A DNA stretch of 64,000 nucleotides from an uncultured Acidobacteriota bacterium (GCA_963713825.1 CAVQNG010000003.1:1728001-1792000); one strand, 5' to 3'; shown: positions 39,574-48,630, counted from the stretch's first letter. Notes: generated by a model not told the origin, from the sequence alone. Translations and numbers: made by a program.

Positions 39574-41016
39574 ATGCTAATTCGCCTTCTTCTTCTCGTC
39601 GAAACGAGCGACCTGCGCGGTCGCCTCGCAGAGTCCTTGGCTGAGCTTGGAGCGCTGGTGTTCGTCGAGTCCGAACCCGACAGGCTCTGGGGTCGCCTCG
39701 GGGAAGATTCCTTCGATCTCGTGGTAGCCACCCGGTCGATGCTTCCTACCGATGTCGAAAGATCGATCGAAGAGATTCGCGAGCTGCCGTACCGGCCGGA
39801 GGTGATCGTCTTGGCGGATCTCGCCGAGGCGGAAGAGCGGACAGCCCTCCAGAAGGGCGGCGCTTTTGCCGTGATCGACAAGACGCTGTCGCCGGAGCCT
39901 CTGATCCAGACCCTCCGCACGGTTCTATTGCGTTTTCAAGAGCTCGGTGTCAGTCGATTGAGAGAGTCTCGTTCGCAGCGCTCGAGACTCGATGACTTCG
40001 CCTCCGAGAGCCCAGCCATGCGGCGACTCCTCGAGCTTGCTCGGCGTGTCTCCAATACCGACACATCGTTGTTGGTTCTCGGGGAAACGGGTGTCGGCAA
40101 GGAATGGTTGGCGCGGGCGATCCACTCGGAAGGTGCCCGCAGCGCTTTGCCCTTCATTGCGGTCAACTGCGCTGCAGTACCGGAGACCCTTTTGGAGAGC
40201 GAGCTTTTCGGGCACGAGAGGGGGGCCTTCACCGGCGCTGTCCGCGCCCGCCGAGGTTGCTTCGAGCTCGCTCATCGCGGCACCCTGTTCCTGGACGAGA
40301 TCGGTGACATTCCGGTCCATCTTCAGGCCAAGCTGCTACGGGCCCTTCAGGAGAGAGAGATCCAGCGCCTGGGTGCGGAGAGCTCGATGCGGGTGGACGT
40401 TCGGGTTATCGCGGCCACGAACCAGAATCTGGAACTGGCGATCGAAGATGGGCTGTTCCGGCCGGATCTCTTCTACCGGCTGAGCGTGGTGACCCTGACC
40501 ATACCTCCACTTCGAGAAAGACGAGAGGACATTGTGCCACTGATCGAGAACTACCTGGAGGATTTCCGTCAGCAGATGGGTCGCTTGGACATCGAGGGGA
40601 TCGAAGAGTCAGCGCTCGAAGCCATGTGCAACTACGAATGGCCGGGCAATGTCCGCGAGCTCATCAACGTCGTGGAGCGGGCCACGTTGCTGTGTGATGG
40701 AGAGGTGATCACGGACGAGCACCTTCCTGATGCCATAGCCGGCGGTTTGCACCCCTACCTGCAGACGGAGGGTTCCGGCGATCCGTCCTCTGCCTTCGAG
40801 CCTCTTCTGGGCGGGGCCTTGGCGGCAGGCAGGAACCAACTGGTGGAGTCGTTCGAGCGAGAGTATCTCTCGAGGCTACTCGAACGGACTTCCGGCAACA
40901 TCGCGGAAACGGCTCGTACCGCAGGCATCGATCCACGCACCCTCTACAACAAGATGAAGGCCTACGATCTGCGCAAGGAAGACTTCCGAGCGTCGCCGCG
41001 TCGGCCTCGACAGTAG
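39574..41016 (+). CDS. Sigma54-dependent enhancer-binding activator (NtrC family) with degenerate receiver domain
   Basis: Motifs GETGVGKE, ESELFGHERGAFTGA, GTLFLDEIG, FRPDLFYRL and WPGNVREL, plus a Fis-type HTH. SD GGGAGG before ATG 39574. Confidence 0.93.
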   Translation: MLIRLLLLVETSDLRGRLAESLAELGALVFVESEPDRLWGRLGEDSFDLVVATRSMLPTDVERSIEEIRELPYRPEVIVLADLAEAEERTALQKGGAFAVIDKTLSPEPLIQTLRTVLLRFQELGVSRLRESRSQRSRLDDFASESPAMRRLLELARRVSNTDTSLLVLGETGVGKEWLARAIHSEGARSALPFIAVNCAAVPETLLESELFGHERGAFTGAVRARRGCFELAHRGTLFLDEIGDIPVHLQAKLLRALQEREIQRLGAESSMRVDVRVIAATNQNLELAIEDGLFRPDLFYRLSVVTLTIPPLRERREDIVPLIENYLEDFRQQMGRLDIEGIEESALEAMCNYEWPGNVRELINVVERATLLCDGEVITDEHLPDAIAGGLHPYLQTEGSGDPSSAFEPLLGGALAAGRNQLVESFEREYLSRLLERTSGNIAETARTAGIDPRTLYNKMKAYDLRKEDFRASPRRPRQ

Positions 41017-41031
41017 TCCGGTCTGCCCTTG

Positions 41032-42102
41032 CTACGGTTCGACGACGAGAACGCTCGACGCCAGATCTTCGGACACCCGATCCTCGAGGCCGACGGCCTC
41101 GGAGCGCAGCCGTAGCAACTGGGAAGGCTTGACTCCCTTGGGCAACTTGCCGAGATTGCAGACCGGCTCACCCGGACTGATCGCGGGTAGCGTCGTCATG
41201 CCGATGACGGCAGCATTGAAAGGGGCGGTCAGAAAGCTGCGCTCGCGTCCGAGCAGGGTCGTATTCGTCGCAATCGGGTCGTCCTTGTCGATGATGTCTC
41301 CTGGATGGACATGGAACCGAAGAAATCCGCCCAGCTCAGCGCGAATCCACTTCGACTTCTCGATGACGAGCTGATATTTGGGGCGTTCCAGGTCACCGTC
41401 GAGCATGTCGAGGCTGCGAAGAACGTTCTTGATTCCCCGCTCCGCGGATTCGACGATGGCGGGCTCGACCTTCCAGACCTCGCCGCCTTCCATGATGATG
41501 GTCGGGCAACCGGCTCGACAGGCAGCACGGCGAAAGGCACCCTTGGGGCCGATTCCGTTCATGATGATCTCCGATCCGAACGCCTCCGCGAGCCGTCGCA
41601 CCTCAGGGTCGCTCATATCGGCGCGCACATTTGGATAGTTCGTGCGACGAACGGCCGCGGTATGCAGGTCGATGCCATAGTCGCACCGCATTACGATCTC
41701 ATCGAAGATCGCGTGTGCCATCCGGCTGGCGAGACTTCCTGTCGAGGATCCAGGAAACGACCGGTTCAGGTCGCGCCGATCCGGCAGATAGCGGGAATGC
41801 CGTTCAAAGGCGGGGAGGTTGAGCACGGGCACGAGAATGACTGCACCACGTCGTAGCTGGAATTCTTCGTCCTTGATCAAGTGACGAACCGCTCCTGTTC
41901 CATTGATCTCGTCCCCGTGAAGAGCGGCCGTGACGAAAACGACCGGACCGTCCTCGGTTGCGCGGCGAATGTGAATTGGAATTTGTACCGTCATGCTGCT
42001 GTAGCTTTCGCCCACAGCGAGATAGACGTCGCGTGACTCACCCGCCGCAATGGCCATGCCGTTCCACTCGTCGATCGGCTTTCGTTGGCGAGGCTCGGTC
42101 AT
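41032..42102 (-). CDS. Succinylglutamate desuccinylase/aspartoacylase-family (M14-like) deacylase
   Basis: Motifs AALHGDEING, SRYLPDRRDLNRSFPG, GIDLHT and EGGE, with a C-terminal barrel-sandwich segment. Confidence 0.92.
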   Translation of the reverse strand: MTEPRQRKPIDEWNGMAIAAGESRDVYLAVGESYSSMTVQIPIHIRRATEDGPVVFVTAALHGDEINGTGAVRHLIKDEEFQLRRGAVILVPVLNLPAFERHSRYLPDRRDLNRSFPGSSTGSLASRMAHAIFDEIVMRCDYGIDLHTAAVRRTNYPNVRADMSDPEVRRLAEAFGSEIIMNGIGPKGAFRRAACRAGCPTIIMEGGEVWKVEPAIVESAERGIKNVLRSLDMLDGDLERPKYQLVIEKSKWIRAELGGFLRFHVHPGDIIDKDDPIATNTTLLGRERSFLTAPFNAAVIGMTTLPAISPGEPVCNLGKLPKGVKPSQLLRLRSEAVGLEDRVSEDLASSVLVVEP

Positions 42103-42109
42103 GGCTGTC

Positions 42110-43360
42110 TCAGCCCGCTACCGGTGTGTCTGAATCGTCAGGCGATGGGCTCGGGGTGGTCAGGACCTCATCGGCTACCGGCAGGTCGGGTAGTTCCTGG
42201 GTCTTGGGGCGTCGACTGCGGCGCACCTTGGCCGGAATCAGCCCCCGCATCAGGTCGAGCTTGCCGAAGCAGAGCAGCCGATCGCCAGCTTCCAGCAGCC
42301 GATGCGATCGCGGATTCGGAATGACGGTCGTGCCACGGTAGAGCGTCAGCACGTTGATGTCCCTATCGCGCAAACCCGACTCGTTGATCGCCTTACCGAC
42401 GTACTCCGAACCTTCTGGAATATGAATCTCGGTAACACCATAGCCCCGACTCACGGTCAGGCGCTGGCGCAGGTCGATCTCCGGAAAGTCGACTTGAGCG
42501 GCAATGTAGTCGATGATCGCCCCGGCCACATCGAGCTGTGTGGCCCCCTCGATGCCTTCCAGACCGGGCGAGGAATTCACTTCCATGATCTGAGGTCCAT
42601 CGCGGCCCTCGAGCATGTCCACGCCAGCAACTCGTAGCCCCATGATCTGGGCGGCTCTCACGGCGGTCTCACTGTAGGTCGGATCGAGAGTGAGGGGTTC
42701 GGTTCGACCGCCACGATGGACATTGCTGCGGAACTCCTGACCCTGTGCGACCCGGCGCATGGCGGCAACCACCTGGTCGCCCACAACAAAGGCCCGGATG
42801 TCCCGACCCTTGCTCTCGGCGACGAACTTCTGGATCAGCACGTTCTGCTTTTGGAGTTGGAGCAGCTCGATAATCGCTTCAGCCGAGCTGGCGGACTCGG
42901 CGAGCAGCACGCCGATGCCCTGCGTGCCTTCCAGCAGCTTGATGACGACCGGCGCCCCTCCCACTCTGTCGATTGCCGGCAATACATCTCTCTTGTCGCG
43001 AACGAAGGTCGTCTCCGGGATACCGATCTGATGTCGGCTCAGGATCTGCAAACTGCGGAGCTTGTCTCGAGAGTTGGTGATGCCCGCCGACGAGTTAGCG
43101 CAAAAGACATCCATCTGCTCGAACTGTCGCACCACTGCTGTTCCGAAGTAGGTGATGGACGCGCCGATTCGCGGCAGCACTGCATCATATTGAGACAGAT
43201 GCTTTTGCCGGAAAAAAAGGTCCGGAGCGCCTGCCCGCAAGTCAATCGCGAACTTCAAGGTGTCGAGGACCTTGATCTGGTGCCCTCGTTGCTCCGCCGC
43301 CTCGCGGAGTCGTCGTGTGCTGTAGCAGCGTGGGCTGCACGACAGGATTCCAAGTTTCAT
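42110..43360 (-). CDS. rimK: RimK-family ATP-grasp alpha-L-glutamate ligase with C-terminal TrkA-C (RCK_C) domain
   Basis: YSTRRL.EAA..RGH, PRIGAS.T, SRDKLRSLQIL, KLLEGTQGIGV, EFRSNVHRGG and EVNSSPGLEGIE. The C-terminal EIHIPEGSEYVGK.I....LR...INVL...RG...PNP.....LEAGDRL matches RCK_C. Confidence 0.93.
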   Translation of the reverse strand: MKLGILSCSPRCYSTRRLREAAEQRGHQIKVLDTLKFAIDLRAGAPDLFFRQKHLSQYDAVLPRIGASITYFGTAVVRQFEQMDVFCANSSAGITNSRDKLRSLQILSRHQIGIPETTFVRDKRDVLPAIDRVGGAPVVIKLLEGTQGIGVLLAESASSAEAIIELLQLQKQNVLIQKFVAESKGRDIRAFVVGDQVVAAMRRVAQGQEFRSNVHRGGRTEPLTLDPTYSETAVRAAQIMGLRVAGVDMLEGRDGPQIMEVNSSPGLEGIEGATQLDVAGAIIDYIAAQVDFPEIDLRQRLTVSRGYGVTEIHIPEGSEYVGKAINESGLRDRDINVLTLYRGTTVIPNPRSHRLLEAGDRLLCFGKLDLMRGLIPAKVRRSRRPKTQELPDLPVADEVLTTPSPSPDDSDTPVAG

Positions 43361-43383
43361 GGGTAGTCCATATCTTGAGAGAT

Positions 43384-43875
43384 TTAGCTGCGGTGCCGAC
43401 CCGCAAGCCTGGATTTCGACTTCTTTCGTTTCGGTTTGCCGCCGTAGTAGGAGTTCCCACCGTCGACGAGAAAGCGCCGCCGGAAGGCCTGGCGACCCAG
43501 CAACATGCGGAAGCCCATGGCATCTCGATTGGCAAGAGTCAGCTCGACCGGCCAGGTAGACCCGAGCAGCGTGATGTTGGTGACGATGACCGGCCGCAGC
43601 GTAGCTTTGCCACTCGAGCTGCGGACCGAGCGGAAGTCCAGGACCGCTGCCTCCGCCCGCACCTCCTGGACCGTGCTTCGCTGGATGGGATGAACCTTGA
43701 AACGCACCCAGTTGGCTCCCCTTCGGTCGCAGTACTGCAGATCGTAGGCATGTAGCGATGACGAGCGAGCGCCAGTGTCGACCTTCGCCTTGATCCTCTC
43801 GATTCCCATGTCAGGTAGCCGGACCCATTCACGCCAGCCGACGATCAGCCTGTCTGACCTTGCATCCTTCGCCAT
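43384..43875 (-). CDS. RimK-associated retropepsin-like protease (RimB-like)
   Basis: GWREWV.LPD, KAKVDTGARSSSLHA, VRSSSG...RPVI and LTL.NRD.MGFRMLLGR. It lies immediately upstream of rimK. Confidence 0.92.
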   Translation of the reverse strand: MAKDARSDRLIVGWREWVRLPDMGIERIKAKVDTGARSSSLHAYDLQYCDRRGANWVRFKVHPIQRSTVQEVRAEAAVLDFRSVRSSSGKATLRPVIVTNITLLGSTWPVELTLANRDAMGFRMLLGRQAFRRRFLVDGGNSYYGGKPKRKKSKSRLAGRHRS

Positions 43876-43980
43876 ATCTCTGCTCTCGATCGCGGCTCCT
43901 GCCGCGCAGGGCTCCTAGCTTACACGTGATGGTCCACACGCTGTCCGGGACCATTTCTACCCTCGGCCCCAGAGCCTTGC

Positions 43981-44904
43981 TTACTCTTCCAGTCTTGCGA
44001 GGAACTCGAGAATGCTCGAGGTGAAGGCCTCTGTCCCATCCACAAAGAGCCAGTGGCCAGATCCTTCCACTGTCACGAGTTCTGAGCCGAACATGCTCTC
44101 GTGGATCCTTTCGGCGTATTCGACCGGCATTGGGTCGGCCTCACCGTGGATGATCAGGGTCGGGCAGTGGATGGCCTGGAGGTCGTCGTGCAGGTCGAAC
44201 TCTCCGACAGAATGGAGCATCAGCTCTGCCACCGTGTTGCTGTGTTGGATGGTGTTCTCGGTAAACGTCAGGTCCATCTTGGAGACGAGGGATTGGTCTG
44301 CGAAATAGGGTTTGAAGAACACTCGCCAGAACCTCTCGACCGCTTGGGGATCGCCAGCTTGATAGTCGTCCGAGGAGTAGATCTCCTCGAGCAGAGCGGC
44401 GTCTTCCGGGAGGCGATCGGCCTGGTATCGGGCACGCATCTCGTCGAAGCTCTCGTGTGAGGCGGCCGTCGAGGCGAGAACTAGGGATCTCAGGTTGTCT
44501 GGGTGGCGAATGCCGTAGTGCATCGCCAGGATCCCACCCCAGGAATGCCCTAATAGGTTCATCTTCTCGATACCGAACGCTTCCCGAACTGCTTCGATGT
44601 CGGCGATGAAGGTGTCGATGGAAATCGATTCAGCGTTGACAGGGCCGGAAGAGAGGCCGGTGCCACGCTGGTCGTAGAGGATGACTTTGTGCTGCTCCGC
44701 AAGCTCCCAAATGTAGGGTAAGAACTGGCGGTGATCGAATCCGGGTCCTCCATGGAGAACGACGAGTGGCTCCCCGGATCCCATGGTCTTGAAGAACAGC
44801 GACGTTCCATTGACCTCCAGGAAGCCTTCCTCGATGATTGGCGCGCCGGCGCAGGGTACAGATGCGAATGCGACGAGAAACACGATCAGCGTGAGTTGTT
44901 TCAC
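43981..44904 (-). CDS. Alpha/beta hydrolase, proline iminopeptidase-like, secreted
   Basis: Motifs LHGGPG, YDQRGTG.S, GHSWGG, PTLIIHG..D and SGHW. Signal peptide present. Confidence 0.88.
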   Translation of the reverse strand: MKQLTLIVFLVAFASVPCAGAPIIEEGFLEVNGTSLFFKTMGSGEPLVVLHGGPGFDHRQFLPYIWELAEQHKVILYDQRGTGLSSGPVNAESISIDTFIADIEAVREAFGIEKMNLLGHSWGGILAMHYGIRHPDNLRSLVLASTAASHESFDEMRARYQADRLPEDAALLEEIYSSDDYQAGDPQAVERFWRVFFKPYFADQSLVSKMDLTFTENTIQHSNTVAELMLHSVGEFDLHDDLQAIHCPTLIIHGEADPMPVEYAERIHESMFGSELVTVEGSGHWLFVDGTEAFTSSILEFLARLEE

Positions 44905-45105
44905 CTTGGCCTCCAGGCGCTCGCTCTCGGAACTGGTAATCGAGGGCGGATGGCCTCACCAGATGGGTACGGATCTGCTCGCTGCACGTTTCAGAATCGA
45001 GGCCTCCCCCGGACGAACTGTTACACCGCAGAATCTTGAATCGCGTCAGCGACAGGAGTAGCGTGGCGGTGAGGCCACGACTTTTCGGTCCAAAAGGAGG
45101 AGCGG

Positions 45106-45714
45106 GTGAAGAAGGTCCGCTCGGTGAGGCCGACGATTTTCCTTGTGGTGTTGGCCCTCGTGTCGGCATCGTGCGCGACGTCCGATCCGTATCCCGAGGA
45201 TTGGTCACCGATCATCACAGCCGAGAAGGGCGACTGTTCCGCATTCATCGGCACCTTCGACAATGGCTATTCGGCGTCGAGCCATGATGCGATTCCGATG
45301 ATAGGTGGCCTGATCGCACTGTTGATCGGAACGGCGAAGCCAGCCGGGACCTCAGGTGCCAAACCCGTCACTCGCGTAACGATCGAACGCCCTTTGCCCG
45401 ATCTTCTGGTGGTGAGCGGCCTCAACTACAGTGAGCCCGTCCGTCAAGGAGAGCGTCGTACCTCTCGCACATCCTGCTCTGAGAAGGGTCTGTCCATCGC
45501 GGGGAAATTCAGCGGCACGAACGCTGAGAATGTCGTCGGATTCGTCTCCGCTAGCGGTCATCTGCAGAGAGCAGCGAACGGTGATCTGGTAGGGCGGATC
45601 CGATCGACGTTCACCGGGATCGCACTTCTCGTACCCATGACGTCTTCGGCCACCAGCTGGTACAGATTCCGTCAGATCGAGCCTGAGCCGACACCTGACG
45701 ACCCGGTGCAGTAG
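45106..45714 (+). CDS. Hypothetical lipoprotein
   Basis: Basic N-terminus, hydrophobic stretch and lipobox SASC. SD AAAGGAGGAG before GTG. Confidence 0.7.
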   Translation: MKKVRSVRPTIFLVVLALVSASCATSDPYPEDWSPIITAEKGDCSAFIGTFDNGYSASSHDAIPMIGGLIALLIGTAKPAGTSGAKPVTRVTIERPLPDLLVVSGLNYSEPVRQGERRTSRTSCSEKGLSIAGKFSGTNAENVVGFVSASGHLQRAANGDLVGRIRSTFTGIALLVPMTSSATSWYRFRQIEPEPTPDDPVQ

Positions 45715-45794
45715 AATCGCCCCACTCATCGCTCTGAATGTAGGGCTGGCACCTGGGGGAGCAGGGTTGAATTGCCTTGTCCGGTATGACCCTC

Positions 45795-45822
45795 TCCAGG
45801 ACCCAGGACCCAGGACCCAAGG
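45795..45822 (+). repeat. Heptamer tandem repeat (CCCAGGA)n just upstream of the kinase start
   Basis: TCCAGGA-CCCAGGA-CCCAGGA-CCCAAGG. The last unit supplies the SD-like AAGGA. Confidence 0.75.
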
Positions 45823-45830
45823 ACTTGTTC

Positions 45831-48587
45831 ATGATTGGATCGACACTCTCCCATTTCAAGATCACAGACAAGCTGGGTGAAGGTGGCATGGGCGAGGTCT
45901 ATCTCGCCGAAGACACCAAGCTCGGTCGCGAGGTTGCCATCAAGGTCCTGCCCGAGGCCGTGGCCGCCGATCCCGAGCGCCTGGCCCGCTTCGAGCGCGA
46001 AGCCAAGGTCCTGGCGTCACTCAACCACTCCAATATCGCCGGCATTTTCTCCTTCGAACATGCCGAACGGGAGGGCCCAGGACCCGAGCCCCAAGCCCCA
46101 GGACCCCAAGACCCCACGACCTCGAGACCTTCCATTCACTTCCTCGTCATGGAACTGGCCTCCGGCGAGGACCTGTCTCAGCGATTGGCCCGCGGCGCGA
46201 TGTCAGTCGACGAGGCCGTGCCCATCGCTCGGCAGATCGCCGAGGCGCTGGAAGCGGCACACGAGCAGGGCATCATCCACCGAGACTTGAAGCCCGGCAA
46301 TATCAAGGTCACACCCGAGGGGCAGGTCAAGGTCCTCGACTTCGGGCTCGCCAAAGCGCTCGAGTCTCAGAACGCAGGTTCCGAAAGGCAGAACCTGTCC
46401 ATGTCTCCCACGCTCACAGCTCAGATGACCACCGCTGGAATGCTCTTGGGCACGGCGGCGTACATGAGCCCGGAGCAGGCCAAGGGGCTCGAGGCCGACC
46501 GCCGAGCAGACGTCTGGGCCTTCGGCGTGGTCTTCTGGGAGATGCTGACCGGCCAGCGCCTCTTCCAAGGCGACTCGGTGTCCGACACACTGGCGGCTGT
46601 TCTCCGGGACGAGATCGATGGTGAATCTCTGCCAGAGAACGTGCCACCGACGACCAGGGCACTGCTGGCTCGTTGCCTCGATCGGGACCCCAGGTCTCGC
46701 CTGCGAGACATCGGTGAGGCCCGGGTAGCGTTGGCGACGCTCGAGTCGGGCGGCGAAACGTCGACGCTGTTGAGCTCCTTCGGAGCCATTGCACCTCGGG
46801 AAGCAGTGGCGGCACCTTCTTCGAAGCTACCCTGGATGGTTGCCGGACTGGCGATCCTGGCTGCCGTTGCGCTTGGAGCGATGTGGCTGGGAAGGAAGGA
46901 CACGCCAAGACCTCTGGTCCAGAGTGCGATCCTGGCGCCTGAAGGCACGACCCTCGATGTTGGCAACGGGCTGGCACTATCCCCGGACGGCACCGAGTTG
47001 GCCCTCATCGCAGTGGGCGAGGATGGAGTTCGCCACTTGTGGGTTCGTCCGTTGGCGAGTTCGACGCCCAGGCTCCTGGAGGGGACGGATGGAGCCATGT
47101 ATCCGTTCTGGTCGCCCGATGCCCGGAATCTCGGCTTCATAGGTGAGGGAAATCTGAAGCGGATCGCAGCTAACGGAGGCCCCGTCCAGACTCTGGCACC
47201 GGTCAAGGAAGGCCGGGGTGGAGTCTGGAGCCCAGACGGGAAGATCATCTACGCGCCTGATTTTCGGGGTGGACTCTCGGTTGTACCTGCCGCGGGCGGT
47301 GAGTCGGTGGAGTTGACCGAGGTCGACATGGAGCGAGGCGAGACCGCCCATCGATTCCCAGTCTTGCTTCCCGATGGCGAGCACGTGCTGTTCCTGTCCC
47401 AAACGGCCGAGGGCGGAAGTCGTTTCGACGACAGCCGGATCGAAGTCGTTTCCATCGAGACAGGCGAGCGAAGACCTGTGTTGGACGCGAATTCGTCGGT
47501 GACCTACTCCTCCTCTGGTCACTTGCTGTTCTGGAGAGATGGCAGCCTCATGGTCGTGGCGTTCGACGCCGGTTCGGCCAGTGTCGAGGGGGATCCAGTA
47601 CCCGTGGCGGAAGACATCGCCTACACGGGCAATGAGTATGCGGTGTTTTCGATCTCGCAGACGGATCATCTCGTTTACTGGGCTGGGGCCAGCACGGGGG
47701 CACAGACTAGGCTCTACGTCATGGATAGGGAGGGTAATCAGATCGGTGATCCATCCCCTCCTGACCTCCACGGTCAGGTGGCGGTCAGTCACGACGGCAG
47801 GCGAGCCGCCTATAGGGGTGCCGATAATACGACCCTGTGGATTCGTGACCTGTCGAGAGGAACGTCGACGCGATTCACCTTCGAGGATGGCGATCACTTT
47901 TCGCCGCTCTGGTCGCCCGATGACAAATCGATCGTCTACACGACGAACCGGAGTGGAATTCACCAGGTCTTTCGCAAGCTCTCCTCGGGTCTCGGTGGCG
48001 AGGAGTTGATCGTCGAGCTGGAGGAGGAGAACTCCCCCGATCTGGCAGACCTGGCGACTTGGGACTGGTCAAAGGATGGTCGCTATCTGAGCATGGATAT
48101 CCAGAACCGGGACACCGATGTCGATATCTCGCTCTTCGACCTCCAGGAACAGAAGCTGACGACCCTGATTCAGAGCCCGTTCTTCGAGTCCCAGGGTCAC
48201 TTCTCGCCCGAAGGTGGGTGGCTCGCCTATTCCTCCGGAGAATCCGGGCAGTTTCAGGTTTTCATCGTTCCTCTGTCCGGACAGGGGGGCAAGTTCCAGG
48301 TCTCCACCGATGGAGGACTGCACCCGCAGTGGCATCCGAGTGGCAGGTCACTCTTCTTTCTGAGCCCCCAGATCGAGCTGATGGAAGTCGAGTTGGAGCT
48401 CGGCGAGGAAGTCGAGATCGGTTTGCCAAAGAGTCTGTTCCGCATTCGGCATCCGTTCAATAGCGATGCTCCCTACCAGGTGATGCCCGACGGTGAGACC
48501 TTCCTGGTCAATCAGTTCGACGAAGCAGGGGCGGCCGCGCCGATGACCCTGGTGCAGAAGTGGACCGCGCTCCTGCAGGACGAGTAG
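45831..48587 (+). CDS. Hanks-type Ser/Thr kinase with TM helix and TolB/PD40 beta-propeller; 21-aa repeat-derived insertion in the N-lobe
   Basis: LGEGGMGEV, VAIK, HRDLKPGN, DFGLAK and GTAAYMSPEQ, followed by WSPD repeats. Confidence 0.94.
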   Translation: MIGSTLSHFKITDKLGEGGMGEVYLAEDTKLGREVAIKVLPEAVAADPERLARFEREAKVLASLNHSNIAGIFSFEHAEREGPGPEPQAPGPQDPTTSRPSIHFLVMELASGEDLSQRLARGAMSVDEAVPIARQIAEALEAAHEQGIIHRDLKPGNIKVTPEGQVKVLDFGLAKALESQNAGSERQNLSMSPTLTAQMTTAGMLLGTAAYMSPEQAKGLEADRRADVWAFGVVFWEMLTGQRLFQGDSVSDTLAAVLRDEIDGESLPENVPPTTRALLARCLDRDPRSRLRDIGEARVALATLESGGETSTLLSSFGAIAPREAVAAPSSKLPWMVAGLAILAAVALGAMWLGRKDTPRPLVQSAILAPEGTTLDVGNGLALSPDGTELALIAVGEDGVRHLWVRPLASSTPRLLEGTDGAMYPFWSPDARNLGFIGEGNLKRIAANGGPVQTLAPVKEGRGGVWSPDGKIIYAPDFRGGLSVVPAAGGESVELTEVDMERGETAHRFPVLLPDGEHVLFLSQTAEGGSRFDDSRIEVVSIETGERRPVLDANSSVTYSSSGHLLFWRDGSLMVVAFDAGSASVEGDPVPVAEDIAYTGNEYAVFSISQTDHLVYWAGASTGAQTRLYVMDREGNQIGDPSPPDLHGQVAVSHDGRRAAYRGADNTTLWIRDLSRGTSTRFTFEDGDHFSPLWSPDDKSIVYTTNRSGIHQVFRKLSSGLGGEELIVELEEENSPDLADLATWDWSKDGRYLSMDIQNRDTDVDISLFDLQEQKLTTLIQSPFFESQGHFSPEGGWLAYSSGESGQFQVFIVPLSGQGGKFQVSTDGGLHPQWHPSGRSLFFLSPQIELMEVELELGEEVEIGLPKSLFRIRHPFNSDAPYQVMPDGETFLVNQFDEAGAAAPMTLVQKWTALLQDE
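46076..46127 (+). repeat. Intragenic heptamer/octamer tandem repeat inside the kinase domain
   Basis: CCCAGGA-CCCGAGC-CCCAAGC-CCCAGGA-CCCCAAGA-CCCCACGA-CCTCGAGA, encoding PGPEPQAPGPQDPTTSR. Confidence 0.7.
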
Positions 48588-48609
48588 GTCAACGTCGGTG
48601 CGTCGACCG

Positions 48610-48630
48610 TCCTGGGGCTTGGGTCCTGGG
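48610..48630 (-). repeat. Heptamer tandem repeat downstream of the kinase, inverted relative to the upstream copy
   Basis: The minus strand reads CCCAGGA-CCCAAGC-CCCAGGA. Confidence 0.65.

Noticed and set aside
45795-46127. CRISPR array
   Set aside because: The units are 7-8 bp in tandem without unique spacers, and there are no cas genes.
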